Shown here in pieces: positions 26,146-43,146 of a stretch of 64,000 bases of DNA. This DNA comes from Eledone cirrhosa. Lineage: Eukaryota. Positions within the stretch are counted from its first letter, which is position 1, and the number at the start of each line of letters is the position of its first letter. The translations under genes were made by a program, and so were the position numbers. The notes beneath the pieces were generated by a model that was not told the DNA's origin, ran no database searches, and saw nothing but the letters and a program-made list of their open reading frames with translations. Where the stretch lies: assembly GCA_964016885.1 (NCBI GenBank), contig OZ024740.1, positions 369,396,001 to 369,460,000 on the forward strand. Direction: 5' to 3'.

Positions 26146-28225
26146 TTTACATCAACGTATCACTCAAGACTAGCGGTTTGAAATTGTGGTATACATCAGC
26201 AGCTCCGCTTGTATATTTGGGGTCTATATTCTAAGGGGGCTCTTTTATATTAGTTGTCGGAGTCAGGGATTGAAGGTTAAAAATTAGAATAATTTATAAT
26301 TTACGCATAAAAAGTAAAAGACTTGGGATCACGTAGAAGCACCTTAAAAAATCCCTCAATAAGTGCATAAAGCTTACAAGCCCCAATAAACTTAACAAAC
26401 TAGAAGAGATTAAGAGACTAATAAAACAAAAAAATAAAAATATAAAGTTTCCCTAAAAAAATATAAAGTTTCCTAAGAAATTCCTTCGAGAGAAAAACAT
26501 TTTTTTCGAAAGAAAAAACTTTCTTCCCCAGAGATCACGTTAAAAAATTTCAGAAAATTTACGAAGTTTTGATAATCCCTACTAAGTTGAAAGAAACTAA
26601 TCAATTAAAGGTTAATTCAAAAAGCCTTCAATAAATCCCCCAGAATAGGCCCCTTTAATATTTTTTAATAGGAACCTCCTCCGAGAGACCCTTCGAAGAA
26701 TTAACATTTTAGAGAGCCTTTAAGGATATATATACACGAATTGAAGAAAATTATAAATTAAAAGTTAAAAATTACGGTATTTGGGATATCCGAGGAATTT
26801 TCAAAGGGCTGCTTCAACAGATACAACTTAGGTATAATAGATAAAATAATTTAAGTAATTTAAGTAATTTAATTAGGGAGCAATTCAAAGAGCTTATCAA
26901 GTTGGGCAAGATTAAAGAAAATGATAAGTTAGAAAATACATAAGCAAAAAGACAATAATTATAAAATGTATTTTTAAGAAGGTATAAGGTAGCTTCAGTA
27001 ATCTATATACACTTACATATATATACAACACACATATATACATATATATATATGTATATGCCACTGAACACCCGCCCATCGCCTTACGGTCGAACAACGA
27101 ACTATCTTCATCTTACAGACCCACACACCCCCCGGCCTGAACTCCCCACCCTTATTACTTTAGTGTTCGACCGCCCCCTCCCCCCACACTTATCCCCCAC
27201 TAACACCACTAACACACCCCTCCTTTTAACCGCCCACCCCACACTAACAATACTAACACCTCCACTCCACCCCTCATCTGACCACCCTTCCCCAACTAAC
27301 ATACTAACATCCCTTCCCTCCTATTCTTCTCCTCCTCCTCTCTCCTTATCACACGCACACCCCCACCGGCACATATATACACGCGCTCACACAAAACACA
27401 CACCCTACTACCACCACTAACCCTCACCCCCACACCTCTGACCACCTCCCAGCACCAACAGACCACAGCACTCCCACTGCTGACCACTTCCTGTGGCGCG
27501 CGCACCCCACATCTCTCCTCTTCCGACCACCGCTTCATGGATTACCCACACGCAGAAATTGACTTACAACCAATCCACTAAACATCCTTGGAACTTACCA
27601 ACTTTTCAACCATCCTCTTACGTAATCACCTATATAACTCACCCACACACACACACACACCCCAAAAATAAATTGTTTCTCCACACGCCACCCACACCCA
27701 CAACACGCTTAAACCCCACACACAAGTGCTTCCCACCACATGTTTATACCCTCAGCCTCCTGATTCCTCTCCCCCCACCCCCCTATCCACACACGCACAG
27801 ACACTCCGACCCAGAAAAACACCCCCCACACACACCTCTTCCTGAACATGCAACCCCGTTCTTCCCCTAACCCTTACTTTCACATACACACACACACACA
27901 CGCACACACGCACACCTACACACACACACACACACACGCACACCTACACACACACACCACCTTCAGCCCTCCCCGCTCGGACACCCCGTCTACCTCTCTC
28001 ACTCCACCTGCCACCACACCTACTCACCCCACACCCTTCCACCACCTGTTTACCCCCCTTTTAATTTCAGTTTATTTTGATCATGCGTTTATTTTTAAAT
28101 TTTCACGTTTCTTGTATTTTGATCATGCTTTATTTTTATTTTTTATCTTTATTTGATATTTTTTCATTCGCACCGTTTCCTTTCGCTATATGTCTCTCCA
28201 CCACTCCCCTACACCCACTTCTCAC

Positions 28226-28256
28226 CTGAGGAAGGGCTTATGCCCGAAACGTCGTC
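28226..28256 (+). ncRNA. Hammerhead-like core without an adjacent stem I, ending a C-rich pLTR-like segment
   Basis: CTGAGGA a gggc ttat gccc GAAAC gtc GTC. The flanks (ctcac / cccc) do not pair. AATAAA ~35 nt downstream, then (TA)n. Confidence 0.55.
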
Positions 28257-28344
28257 CCCCACCTATCCCCCACTCTCCTGAGCGTGAAATTAATAAACAT
28301 TTATTGTACTGCTTCTCTGTTTTGTCCCTGTTCAAATTTTTCCA

Positions 28345-28960
<616 letters not shown>

Positions 28961-29033
28961 AAAGAGAAAAAGATGAAATCGAAAATGCAACTGGAGTCTT
29001 ATTTTTTTAAATATATATATATTTATTTGGTTC

Positions 29034-29069
29034 CTTTACCGGTTTCGCAGTTCTTCTGCTTTTCAAAAG
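29034..29069 (-). ncRNA. Minimal type I hammerhead ribozyme, U3-A8 core variant
   Basis: Minus strand reads ctt TTGAAAA gcag aagaa ctgc GAAAC cg GTA aag. Palindromic ACCGGT stem III, with AATAAA just downstream. Confidence 0.8.
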
Positions 29070-29283
29070 TAGAGTTGAGATGGAGGGTCTGTGGTTTTTC
29101 TCACATCTGGTTGGTCTGTGAGTGTTACTTGTTTTATATGCAAAAAAGTGGCTCGTAATGCCAGGTTTTTAGAGAAGTAATTTGATTGGTTGGTCAATAA
29201 TTATAATTAATTTCGCGCCAGTTTGCGTCACAAAGTTCTTCAAACAAGTGGGGTGGGCACAGGTTGTTTTTTTCATATGTGAG

Positions 29284-29580
29284 TGTTTGAATTTCTTTTT
29301 ACTTAAAAAAAGGGGCTCACGAAGGCTTTTTTATAATTAACGTAATTTAATTGGTTATAAATGGAATTATGGCTGTCACGTGAACAAGTTTTCATTAAAT
29401 TTTAGCGCCCTTATTTGGAAATCTACTCTGTAGCCTTTTTAGAGAATTTTATGAGAAGCAAAAGAGAAATGGGATGGGAGAATTGTTCTGGTTCAGTGAA
29501 TTTGGTTAGTTCGCTGTGGTGTCAGAATTCAAATTTTCCTTGAATAAAGAAAGTAAAGATATGTATGTTTATTTGTGTGC

Positions 29581-29615
<35 letters not shown>

Positions 29616-29929
29616 GTGTGTGTTTGAATTTCTTTTTACTTAAAAAAGGGGCTCACGAAGGCTTTTTTTAATAAACGTAATTTGATTGGTTATAAATGAA
29701 ATTATGGCTGTCACGTGAACAAGTTTTCATTAAATTTTCGCGCCCTTATTTGGAAATCTATTCCGTAGCCTTTTTAGAGAATTTTATGACAAGCAAAAGA
29801 TAATGGTCAATAGAAATGGGATGGGAGAATTGTACTGGTTCAGTGAATATGGTGAGTTCGATGGTGTGTCAGAATTCAGATTTTCTATCGAAGTAAAGAA
29901 ATTATAGATGTGTATGTTTATTTGTGTGC

Positions 29930-29973
<44 letters not shown>

Positions 29974-30312
29974 GTGTGTGTGTGTTTGAATTTCTTTTTA
30001 ATTAAAAAAGGGTCTCACGAAGGCTTTTTTTAATAAACGTAATTTGATTGGTTATAAATGAAATTATGGCTGTCGCGTGAACAAGTTTTCATTAAATTTT
30101 CGCGCCCTTATTTGCAAATCTATTCCGTAGCCTTTTTAGAGAATTTTATGACAAGCAAAAGATAATGGTCAAGAGAAATGGGATGGGAGAATTGTACTGG
30201 TTCAGTGAATATGGTTAGTTCGATCGTGTGTCAGAATTCAGATTTTCTATTGAAGTAAAGAAAGTAAAGATGTGTATGTTTATTTGTGTGCTTGTGTGTG
30301 TGTGTGTGTGTG
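29284..30312. repeat. Three tandem ~340-360-bp units inside the PLE 3' UTR
   Basis: Units start gtgtttgaatttcttttta at ~29284, ~29620 and ~29981. Each ends in (GT)n. Confidence 0.92.
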
Positions 30313-30798
30313 TATTGGAAACTGATTCTATTAGTAGAAATGGGGAGGGAGATGTGTGTGTGTGTATATGGGTGTTATGTGTGCGAGTGTGTGTGGGAGT
30401 ATGTTAAGATGGAGAGAATATATAGTTTGTGTGTGTGTATATATGTGTGTAGGAAAGTGTTTCTATTAATAGAAATGGGGGAGGGAGTTGTGTGTGTGGG
30501 TGGGGATTATGTGTGTGTGTATGGCTGTTATGTGTGTGGGAGTATGGTTAGCATGTTAAGATGAATAGAATATATATATATTGTGTGTGTGTGTAGGAAA
30601 ATGATTCCTTTAGTAGGAATAATTTTGAATGAGCATATTTTCCTTACTTATTCGTATTTGTTCTGTTGTATTGTCAGCGCAAACGTATGTAGAGGTTTAT
30701 TTAGTTCGGGTTTTTATTTTCTAAAGTAGCAGGTGTTATGTGTGTGTGCATGTGTCTGTTTGGATTGGTAGCATGTTATGGTGTTGACATAATGTATA

Positions 30799-31815
30799 TT
30801 AAACCATATTTAATGCTGGTTTATATTTTTGAATACACATATTTTCCTTATTTATTCGTATTTGTTCTGTTGTATTGTTAGCGCAAAGGTAAAATGGGAA
30901 GACTTGGAATTTGGGTGTCTCATTACTTGCGCCTATGTCTAAATGTGCGCTTAGTGTTATCTGTCTCGTGGTTGGATCTCGTAATTGTTGGCGATGAACT
31001 GTCATTCTGTTTCTGAGTGTGAGTTTAGTTTGTCCTATATAATCTTCATTGCATCCTTTACATTTAATGGCATAAAGTAGATTTTTTGATGGGCAAGTGA
31101 AGTTATTTTTTACAGCAGAATTTTGTCCAGATTTAAATGTATGCTAGTTGCCTTCAATGAAGTGAGGGCAGGTTCCACGATTAGAGCGACCACATTTGTT
31201 GACAGTTGGTTGTGGGTTTGTGGTAGGTAATTTGGCATTTGTGAGTAATGTTTTTAGTGATTTCGGTTGTCTTTTGCTTTTGATTATTTTGTGTGTTTCA
31301 AGGGCTTTTTTCATTCTTGGATTTTGTTTTAGTAGTGGGATATTTCTTGTGAATAGTGTTGTAAGCTTCTGCATTTATTGGATTATGTGTTGAGATATAT
31401 GATAGAATATTCGACGTACCTGAATTTGTTTCTGTTTTCGTAATTCATCAATCCCTTTTGCTTTAGCCCTTTCTATTTCATTATTTATTAGTAGTGGTGG
31501 GTACTCTCTTTCGAGTAGAATTTCCTTTAATTCTTGAAGTCTTTTATTTCGCGTTTCATAATTGAAGACAATTGTGCAAATTCTTCTTGCTAGGTTAAAA
31601 GGAATGTTCGTCTTCGCGAGCTTTGGATGGTTGGAGTTGCATAGCAGGTATTGTTTGGAATCTGTTGGTTTGTAGTGTATGTCAGTTTCAATATTTGTGT
31701 CTTTTTTTAAAGATTAAGATGTCCAGAAATGGGAGTTGATCTTGGCTGTATTCCATTGTGAATTGAATGTGGTTATTGATGCCGTTTATTAGGCTTTTGA
31801 AATCCTTCAGTTGGT
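30799..31815 (-). pseudogene. PLE RT C-terminus plus GIY-YIG, disrupted
   Basis: IQFTMEY..LPFLDI, YKPTDSKQYL, NIPFNLARRICTIV, SKRQPKSLK, KCGRSNRGTC, YIGQT, MTVHRQQLRD. Clearly paralogous to 4081-5730. Confidence 0.9.
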
Positions 31816-31961
31816 CGAAATTTATTATAATTATTGACCAACCAATTAAATTACTTCTCTAAAAACCTGGCATTTCGAGCCACTTTTTTCCATATAAAAC
31901 AAGTAACATTCAGAGACCAACCAGATGTGAGAAAAACCATATAACCTCCATCTCAACTCTA

Positions 31962-31997
31962 CTTTTGAAAATCAGAAGAACTGCGAAACCGGTAAAG
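31962..31997 (+). ncRNA. Hammerhead U3-A8 variant, inverted pLTR copy
   Basis: ctt TTGAAAA tcag aagaa ctgc GAAAC cg GTA aag. The first stem II pair is broken (g to t). Confidence 0.65.
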
Positions 31998-32130
31998 GTA
32001 CCAAATAAATTATATATATTTTTTTTTTAAATAAGGCTCCAGTTGCATTTTCTATTTCATTTTTTTTTCTTTGTACCTTCACTCGTGTAGTGCACCTCGG
32101 TTAATTTTCATTCTGTGAAAAAAACCTCAC

Positions 32131-32212
<82 letters not shown>

Positions 32213-32661
32213 GTGAGGTTTTGTTTACAAAATGAAAAATAACCGAGGTATACTACACGAATGAAATTGCAAAGAAAAAAAGATGAAATCGAAAATGCAA
32301 CTGGAGTTTATTTTTTTAAATATATATATATTTATTTGGTTCCTTTACCGGTTTCGCAGGTATATATATAAATATATATGTGCGTGTGTGTGTGTGCGTA
32401 TGTGTGTGTGTTTGTGAATGTGTCTGTTGCCACCTGGAATATAACTTAAGATAAACTGGAAGATAATGATATATATTTAATGATATATATATTTAAGTAA
32501 CAGCCGTACTAAGAGTGGGAAATGAAATTTCGTTTCATTTTTTCCGTTTATCGTTTCCGGTGCACCCGGCCGATTAACCCACTCGATATGCAAACTGGGC
32601 TACTCAGCCGTTAATATGCATAAGGTTAGTATATACGTTCAACAATCTGGCAGGTAGGTAT

Positions 32662-32704
32662 ACGTTGCTGACGATAGCTAATAAGCTTGAAACTAGTACA
32701 GCGT
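32662..32704 (+). ncRNA. Minimal type I hammerhead, array unit 1 (best preserved)
   Basis: acgttg CTGACGA t agct aata agct t GAAAC ta GTA cagcgt. Stem I is 6 bp with one G-U, stem III is palindromic ACTAGT, and there is a U-U at the base of stem II. Confidence 0.78.
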
Positions 32705-33086
32705 TCCTTTGTCAGTATTGATCAAACGAGCAACGATGGTTGCTAGACACTACGGCTTAATAGAGAATGTTTGTTTACAAACACACCGAGCATTATAATA
32801 AATGTTCGGTGAATCCATACGTACATATATATATGTGAGCATGTATGTATATATATATATATATACATACTACTGTACGTCTGTATACATATATGTATGT
32901 ACGTGTACATACTTATATTTAAGTAACAGCCGTACTAAGAGTGCAAATGAAATTTCTTTTCATTTTTTCCGTTTATCGTTTTCGGTGCACCCGATCGATT
33001 AACCCACTCGATATGTAAATTGGGCTACTCAGCCGTTAATATGCATACGGTAAGTATATACGTTCAACAATCTGGCAGGATGGTAT

Positions 33087-33129
33087 ACGTTGCTGATGAT
33101 AGCTAATAAGCTTGAAACTAGTAGAGCGT
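33087..33129 (+). ncRNA. Hammerhead motif, array unit 2
   Basis: acgttg CTGATGA tagctaataagctt GAAAC ta GTA gagcgt. The first stem I pair is G-G. Confidence 0.62.
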
Positions 33130-33268
33130 TCCTTTGTCAGTGTTGAACAAACGAGCAACGATGGTTGCTAGACACTACGGCTTAATAGGGGATGTTTGTT
33201 TACAAACACACCGAGCATTATAATAAATGTTCGGTGAATCCATACGTACATATATATATGTGTCAATG

Positions 33269-33312
<44 letters not shown>

Positions 33313-33529
33313 CTACTGTACGTCTGTATACATATATGTATGTACGTGTACATACTTATATTTAAGTAACAGCCGTACTAAGAGTGGAAATGAAATTTCT
33401 TTTCATTTTTTCCGTTTATCGTTTTCGGTGCACCCGATCGATTAACCCACTCGATATGTAAATTGGGCTACTCAGCCGTTAATATGCATACGGTAAGTAT
33501 ATACGTTCAACAATCTGGCAGGATGGTAA

Positions 33530-33572
33530 ACGTGGCTGATGATAGCTAATAAGCTTGAAACTAGTAGAGCGT
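33530..33572 (+). ncRNA. Hammerhead motif, array unit 3
   Basis: acgtgg CTGATGA tagctaataagctt GAAAC ta GTA gagcgt. Two stem I mismatches. Confidence 0.55.
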
Positions 33573-33958
33573 TCCTTTGTCAGTGTTGAACAAACGAGCA
33601 ACGATGGTTGCTAGACACTACGGCTTAATAGGGGATGTTTGTTTACAAACACACCGAGCATTATAATAAATGTTCGGAGAATCCATACGTACATATATAT
33701 ATGTGTCAATGTATGTATATATATATATATATATATACATACTACTGTACGTCTGTATACATATATGTATGTACGTGAACATACTTATATTTAAGTAACA
33801 GCCGTACTAAGAGTGGAAATGAAATTTCTTTTCATTTTTTCCGTTTATCGTTTTCGGTGCACCCGATCGATTAACCCACTCGATATGTAAATTGGGCTAC
33901 TCAGCCGTTAATATGCATACGATAAGTATATACGTTCAACAATCTGGCAGGATGGTAT

Positions 33959-34001
33959 ACGTGGCTGATGATAGCAAATAAGTTTGAAACTAGTAGAGCG
34001 T
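33959..34001 (+). ncRNA. Hammerhead motif, array unit 4 (most decayed)
   Basis: acgtgg CTGATGA tagcaaataagttt GAAAC ta GTA gagcgt. Stems I and II are both weakened. Confidence 0.5.
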
Positions 34002-34274
34002 TCCTTTGTCAGTGTTGAACAAACGAGCAACGATGGTTGCTAGACACTACGGCTTAATAGGGGATGTTTGTTTACAAACACACCGAGCATTATAATAAAT
34101 GTTCGGTGAATCCATACGTACATATATATATGTGTCAATGTATGTATATATATATATATATATATATACATACTACTGTACGTCTGTTTACATATATGTA
34201 TGTACGTGTACATACTTATATTTAAGTAACAGCCGTACTAAGAGTGGGAAATGAAATTTCGTTTCATTTTTTCC

Positions 34275-37298
<3,024 letters not shown>

Positions 37299-37404
37299 AT
37301 ATCTCCAAGTATAGAAATTAAGGCGACCTCGCTGCATAACTATGAAAACATCTTGTTGAGTCAAACAAAGCTGTACGTAAAAACTATCCACGACACGGAG
37401 TACT

Positions 37405-37449
37405 CTAACTGAATTACTTCTAACTGGATTACCTCTAACTGGATTACCT
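37405..37449. repeat. 15-bp minisatellite x3
   Basis: Three copies of ctctaactggattac-like units. Confidence 0.85.
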
Positions 37450-37473
37450 ATGACGATAACTTGTTATCCCATA

Positions 37474-38460
37474 TATATGAATAAAGTTAGTCCTTCATCA
37501 GCGATCTTCCAACCATCATTGCTATTTCATCGCTTTAAAGAATATATACCTCCGGTTGGTGCGAGCAACGGCTGAAAAACGTCGTTGGAACACGTAAATA
37601 AAGGGAACACGAGAGTGTAAACAAACAAAGATGGTGAAGCAAGGAAAAGTGAGGAAGAAGGAGTCAAGTCCCAAATTTCCATGAATATAGGTTCGGTGAA
37701 ATCGTGAACGAGAGAGAATAAAGACCATCAAACCTGGTTGGAATGTGAGCAAGGAAGGAATTCCGTACAGGACTAACGGGAGGAAGAAGGGATCTAGTCT
37801 GCAAATTCGGTGAACGTAAGTTCTGTGAAATCGTAGACGAGAGAGAGAAAAAAAGCGACGTGCCTGACCAAGGGTGCGAAAGAAAATAATTACGCACAGG
37901 TCAACGGGAAGAAGGAGGAGGAGGAAAGGTAGTAACAGAGAGTGAGTGAGGGAAGGGTGAGGAAGAGGCTAACAGAGAGACTCACTCACTCTCTGTTACT
38001 ACCTCTCCTCCTCCTCCTCCTTCTTCCCGTTTGACCTGTGCGTAATTCTTTTCTTTCGCACCCTTGGTCAGTCAGGTCGCTTTTTTTCTCTCTCTCGTCT
38101 ACGATTTCACATAACTTACGTTCACCGAATTCACAGACTAGATCCCTTCTTCCTCCCGTTAGACCTGTACGGAATTCTTTCCTTGCTTAGATTCCAACCA
38201 GGTTTGATGGTCTTTATTCTCTCTCGTTCACGATTTCACCGAACTTATATTCATGGAAATTTGGGACTTGACTCCTTCTTCCTCACTTTTCCTTGCTTCA
38301 CCATCTTTGTTTGTTTACACTCTCGTGTCCCCTTTATTTACGTGTCCCAACAACTTTTTTTAGCCGTTGCTCGCGCCAACCGGAGGTATATGGTCTTTAA
38401 AGCGATGAAATACCAATGATGGTTGGAAGATCACTGATGAAGGACTAACTGTATTCATAT
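37474..38460. repeat. Large inverted repeat (~480-bp arms, 30-bp spacer)
   Basis: Arms 37474-37950 and 37981-38460 are high-identity reverse complements. The mirror ORFs 37522-37752(-) and 38183-38419(+) show the same thing. Confidence 0.95.
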
Positions 38461-38611
38461 GTAACCCATTAGCAACCACGCAGCACGTTTATTCTCATAT
38501 ATATAACCCGGATGTGACGCATGCGCAAACTGAGCACACAACACACACACAGAAACAAAATGGCGTAGGATAGAAGAAAGGAAAGGCACAGATACAAAGA
38601 AAGGAATCCCC

Positions 38612-38656
38612 AGTCACTGAAGAGGTCACAGGATGTGTGACGAAAGGACTATGACT
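38612..38656 (+). ncRNA. Minimal type I hammerhead ribozyme
   Basis: agtca CTGAAGA g gtcaca ggatg tgtgac GAAAG ga CTA tgact. Perfect 5-bp stem I and 6-bp stem II, CUA cleavage triplet. Confidence 0.82.
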
Positions 38657-38814
38657 ATATATAAACAACTATCTGGTTGTGGAACCAACCAACCAACCAG
38701 AAATTTATAAGTTTGTAAATTTGTAAATTTATAAATTTATAAATATATAATAAATTGAAGTGAAAGCAACTGGTGCATGTGTTCCTTATTGGCAACATGG
38801 CCCTCCCAAAGTAT

Positions 38815-39241
<427 letters not shown>

Positions 39242-41337
39242 AAATATATATATGTTTGTATAGGCGAAGCGTTACTTTGAACAACAATATATAGATATAC
39301 ATATGGGGTTTTATAGAAAAGAATACAGACAATGCTGTAGAAGTGATTTCATTTATTGTGTCTAGTGTTTTGAGAAATGCATTGAATTCATATGAGCCTA
39401 ATTACATAGTCGTGTAACAATGAGACATCTCTCTTAGATAATATTATGTTCTATATAACACTTCAGTCTCATATTAAATTGATTGTAAATCAATTATATT
39501 CGACTCTAAATCTCATAAAGTAATAGATAAATCAGACTATTGAATAATTGTCCTATGTAAAACGGGCTTCGGAACATATATTCGATACTGTCTTTTCAAT
39601 TTCCAAAATATGTCTCAACATCTTTTTCAAAATATTTCAATTTCAGAAGTATTTAAATGTAAATAACTTTGAAATAGTTGAATACCAATTCATTTTATAG
39701 AGAGCTTATTAGATTGGGCTTCACATTTTACCTTTTTCTGACTTCCTGCTGTGTTATCCTTTCCTTCGTGTACTGTATTCCACAACTTTTCACTATTTGT
39801 CAATATCCATTTCCTCCCCATTCCACATTACCTCTAGAATACGGCCTTCTACCGCTCGTAGCAAGCCATTTACTGCAGTAAATACGGTTGCTTCTCGGTT
39901 GATGCCGTTCCATGAAGCTGAAAGAACCAATAATGAGGCAATTTGGTTTGCTGCCTCTCCGGCTTTGGAAATATCAGAATCTACAGCCGTAATTCTCACG
40001 CCATATACCTGCTGTTATTAAATCTCCATCAGTTGCTACTACTTATGGAAATTATTTTCTCTTCTTGGCAGTAGGCCCTCGTTTGGACTTTAAATCCATC
40101 TCTGCGTCCCGAGAATAGGGTTCTGCAATATATTACTTCTTTACATCTAAAATCAGCAGAATCATCCATATTTCATTAGTCTAGGAATACATTCAAATGT
40201 ACCAAGATAAAACAGCAACATGAATATAAATCAAATATTAATTTGATGTTTATATAATTCTATAATTGTTTAAATAACAGGTAAGTCTTATATGAATGTT
40301 ATTAGTAACGTTTTTTTACTTTTCACGGGTATCAAGTATGCATTTTAATTCTGCGATAATAACTTTGCAGATTAGTTCAATATTCTAACGCATTCACTGG
40401 CACTTCATTAAATCATAGAATTTACACTCATCGGTGCTCTATCCAGAGCGATTATTTCTTGATACCCGAGTCTAATATCTGTATTTTGCTCTTTTAATAA
40501 ATGACGTGTGTGGTACGTTGAGAACTAATTGTTATATTGATCTTCCAATTATTGATCTTCTATTTTGACTGGAAAATGAACCATAGCGCTATACGCTCTA
40601 TACTTAAAAATCAATTGTAAATGTCAACGCTATTTTGTGTATTGTGATCTTTTGACTTCTGCTTACAATCTGAACTACGACGTTATGAATTAAAGGCAAT
40701 GCTAACGATCAATCAGATATTGAACCGTTATAGGACCTCTTTTTGATGACGCTTTCTACTACTCTACTGATGGAAAATTTTAAAAATCAAATATTTCTTA
40801 ATAATGCATCAATGAGGATTACATAAATATTTGAAGAAGTGTGCACGTCCATTGTTCATACATACCCTCGTGATGGAGGTGGCTATATAGTTTGCAATGG
40901 GCATGCAGTGGACTTGTCATATCTAATGAATACCAACATAAGTTATATAACATAACATATTATTAAAAATAAATAAATAATTTTACAGAATTTATTTTGA
41001 AAATAATTGTTATGATTGAAGTCAAAAGAGGTGTTCATCACTTCGGAATTTGATCCTGACTAATTGCAAATATCCAACAGTATCCATTTTCTAACGAACA
41101 TTTGTTCAAACGCTGAAACATGCATAGGGACTATATCTTCCTTCACAACATGATATATGTTCTACTTTACAATGTTATCAGTTCTATTAAAATTACATCA
41201 GAATTTACTTCGCATGTCTGTGAAGAATATATCCAAATAATATATTAGTGTCTGTTTGATAATTGGACGTAAGTGCATGCACATTAAGAACATAACAAAT
41301 CTTACTGTAACGCTATAAAAGTTAAGGGAATTATCTA

Positions 41338-41608
41338 ATAATTGTTTCTACTTTTGGCACAAGGCCAGCAATTTCCAGTGTATTACTGGTACTTTATTTT
41401 ATCGACCCCGTAAGGATGAAACGCAAAGTTAACCTCGGCGGGATTTAAACTCAGAATGGCAAGGGCCGTAACTCTATGCGTCAAAGCATGGCATCCGACG
41501 ATCTACAGATACTGCCAATTTACGTCCATAATATCTAATAATTGTTTCTATTTCAGGCACAACGCCAGCAATTACCAAGTACATTACTGGTACTTTATTT
41601 TATCGACA
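41338..41608 (-). mobile_element. Two adjacent SINE family A copies (diverged full copy 41338-41527, 3' fragment 41537-41608)
   Basis: Reverse complements match family A. Each is preceded by atctaataatt. Confidence 0.88.
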
Positions 41609-41708
41609 ATATCTACAATATCTATTTTATCCACCATATCTAATAATACTGCTAAGAGTGTACCAGTTGTTCTCCAAATTTACACACTGATATATATTTA
41701 TAAGATAA

Positions 41709-41901
41709 CTGTTTCTACGTTAGGCACAAGGCCAGCAAATACCCAGTGTATTACTGGTACTTTATTTTATCGACCCCGTAAGGATGAAAGGCAAAGTCAA
41801 CCTCGGCGGGATTTGAACTCAGATCGTAAAGGGACGTAACTATGCTGGAAAGCATGGCGTCCGACCCTCTACCGATACTGCCAATCCACCGCCCATCCAC
41901 C
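41709..41901 (-). mobile_element. Full-length SINE (family A) with 16-bp TSD
   Basis: Near-identical to 7976-8161. TSD tatatttataagataa at 41693-41708 and 41902-41917. Confidence 0.93.
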
Positions 41902-42460
41902 TATATTTATAAGATAATGTAGGTAGAAAATAACAGCAATTACAGTCAGTTGTTATAATATATCTTTTACAAATCGGGAAAGGTTGCCTATAGACATCTC
42001 CAAGAACCTTATATATTAAAGAGAATATTATTGGATGCAATATTATTGAGTAGATTAAAACTGAAGTAATATATCTAGGTAAATTATTTTACGCAATATA
42101 TTAATATTTAGATGAATCTTACATGATGGTCTTCGTATTCATTGGTATGCTATTACTGACAAGATGCCAGTATATCAATTTTGGGTAATTGTTAGGTCAT
42201 ATGAAAATCAATTGCGCCACTCTAGGATTAGCTCAAGAGAACTCAGACATTTAATTGTCCATTGCATGAGAGAAATCTTCTCAAGATAACAATATTTCAA
42301 ACTTTACACACATGCGCTAAGTTAAATATCCATATAACTTCAACATACATATTATAGTGATTCAAATGGTATTATTTATTTACGTCATAGTCTTTTGTAT
42401 TGTCCCCTATATGTTGGCCCTTGTGGCCAATAAATGAAATCATTATTTATTATACGTCGT

Positions 42461-42566
42461 CCCGCCGACGTTAACTTTGCCTTTCATCCTTACGGGGTCG
42501 ATAAAATAAAGTACCAGTAATGCACTGGATTAATTGCTGGCCTTGTGTCAAAAGTAGAAATAATTA
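42461..42566 (+). mobile_element. SINE family A, 5'-truncated
   Basis: cccgccgacgttaactttgcctttcatcc...gtagaaa. Confidence 0.9.
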
Positions 42567-42814
42567 TTTATTTACGTCATAAAATATTGTTACAGAGTTA
42601 CTTCTCCTTCACCAATGATAAGTTATATACTCACTCATTGCCAGGAGATCTTTCGCCACAATTTTTACACCTGGCTGCATTGAGTAACAAATCAAACCAT
42701 GAAATAATTGTACAATTATATTTCGTGTGAACGCCTCGGAATATACATGATCATCGGATACCGTTCAGACACATACTTAAGAAATGATGGTTATATATAT
42801 AAATATATATATGT

Positions 42815-42882
42815 GAATGTGTGTGTATGTGAGTGTGTGTTGTATGTGCGTGTGTATGTGTGTGTATGCATGTGTGTGTGTG

Positions 42883-42963
<81 letters not shown>

Positions 42964-43102
42964 ATGTGTGTGGGCGTGTTTGTATGTGTGTTCTTACAGT
43001 TCTCGCTTTCCACCCGTTGAACACTCTAAAAAAAATTTACTGAGAAATTGTTGTACTCGTCGTCAGGGTCGTAGAGGTGGTGGTGATAGTAGTAGTAGTA
43101 GC

Positions 43103-43146
<44 letters not shown>

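Larger units (their letters stand above)
28961..32359 (-). mobile_element. Penelope-like element, Neptune-type, with three pLTR copies in -/+/- orientation
   Basis: Broken RT/EN frame at 30799-31815 (-). pLTR at 28961-29215 (-), inverted copy at 31818-32136 (+), third partial copy at 32205-32359 (-) across a (TA)n spacer. Confidence 0.85.

Noticed and set aside
37522-38419. Duplicated 76-78 aa ORFs as a gene pair
   Set aside because: A by-product of the inverted repeat. They have non-ATG starts and no protein motif.
38430-38460. CTGATGAaggac as a complete hammerhead
   Set aside because: No closing stem II or GAAA-NUH half follows in either arm.
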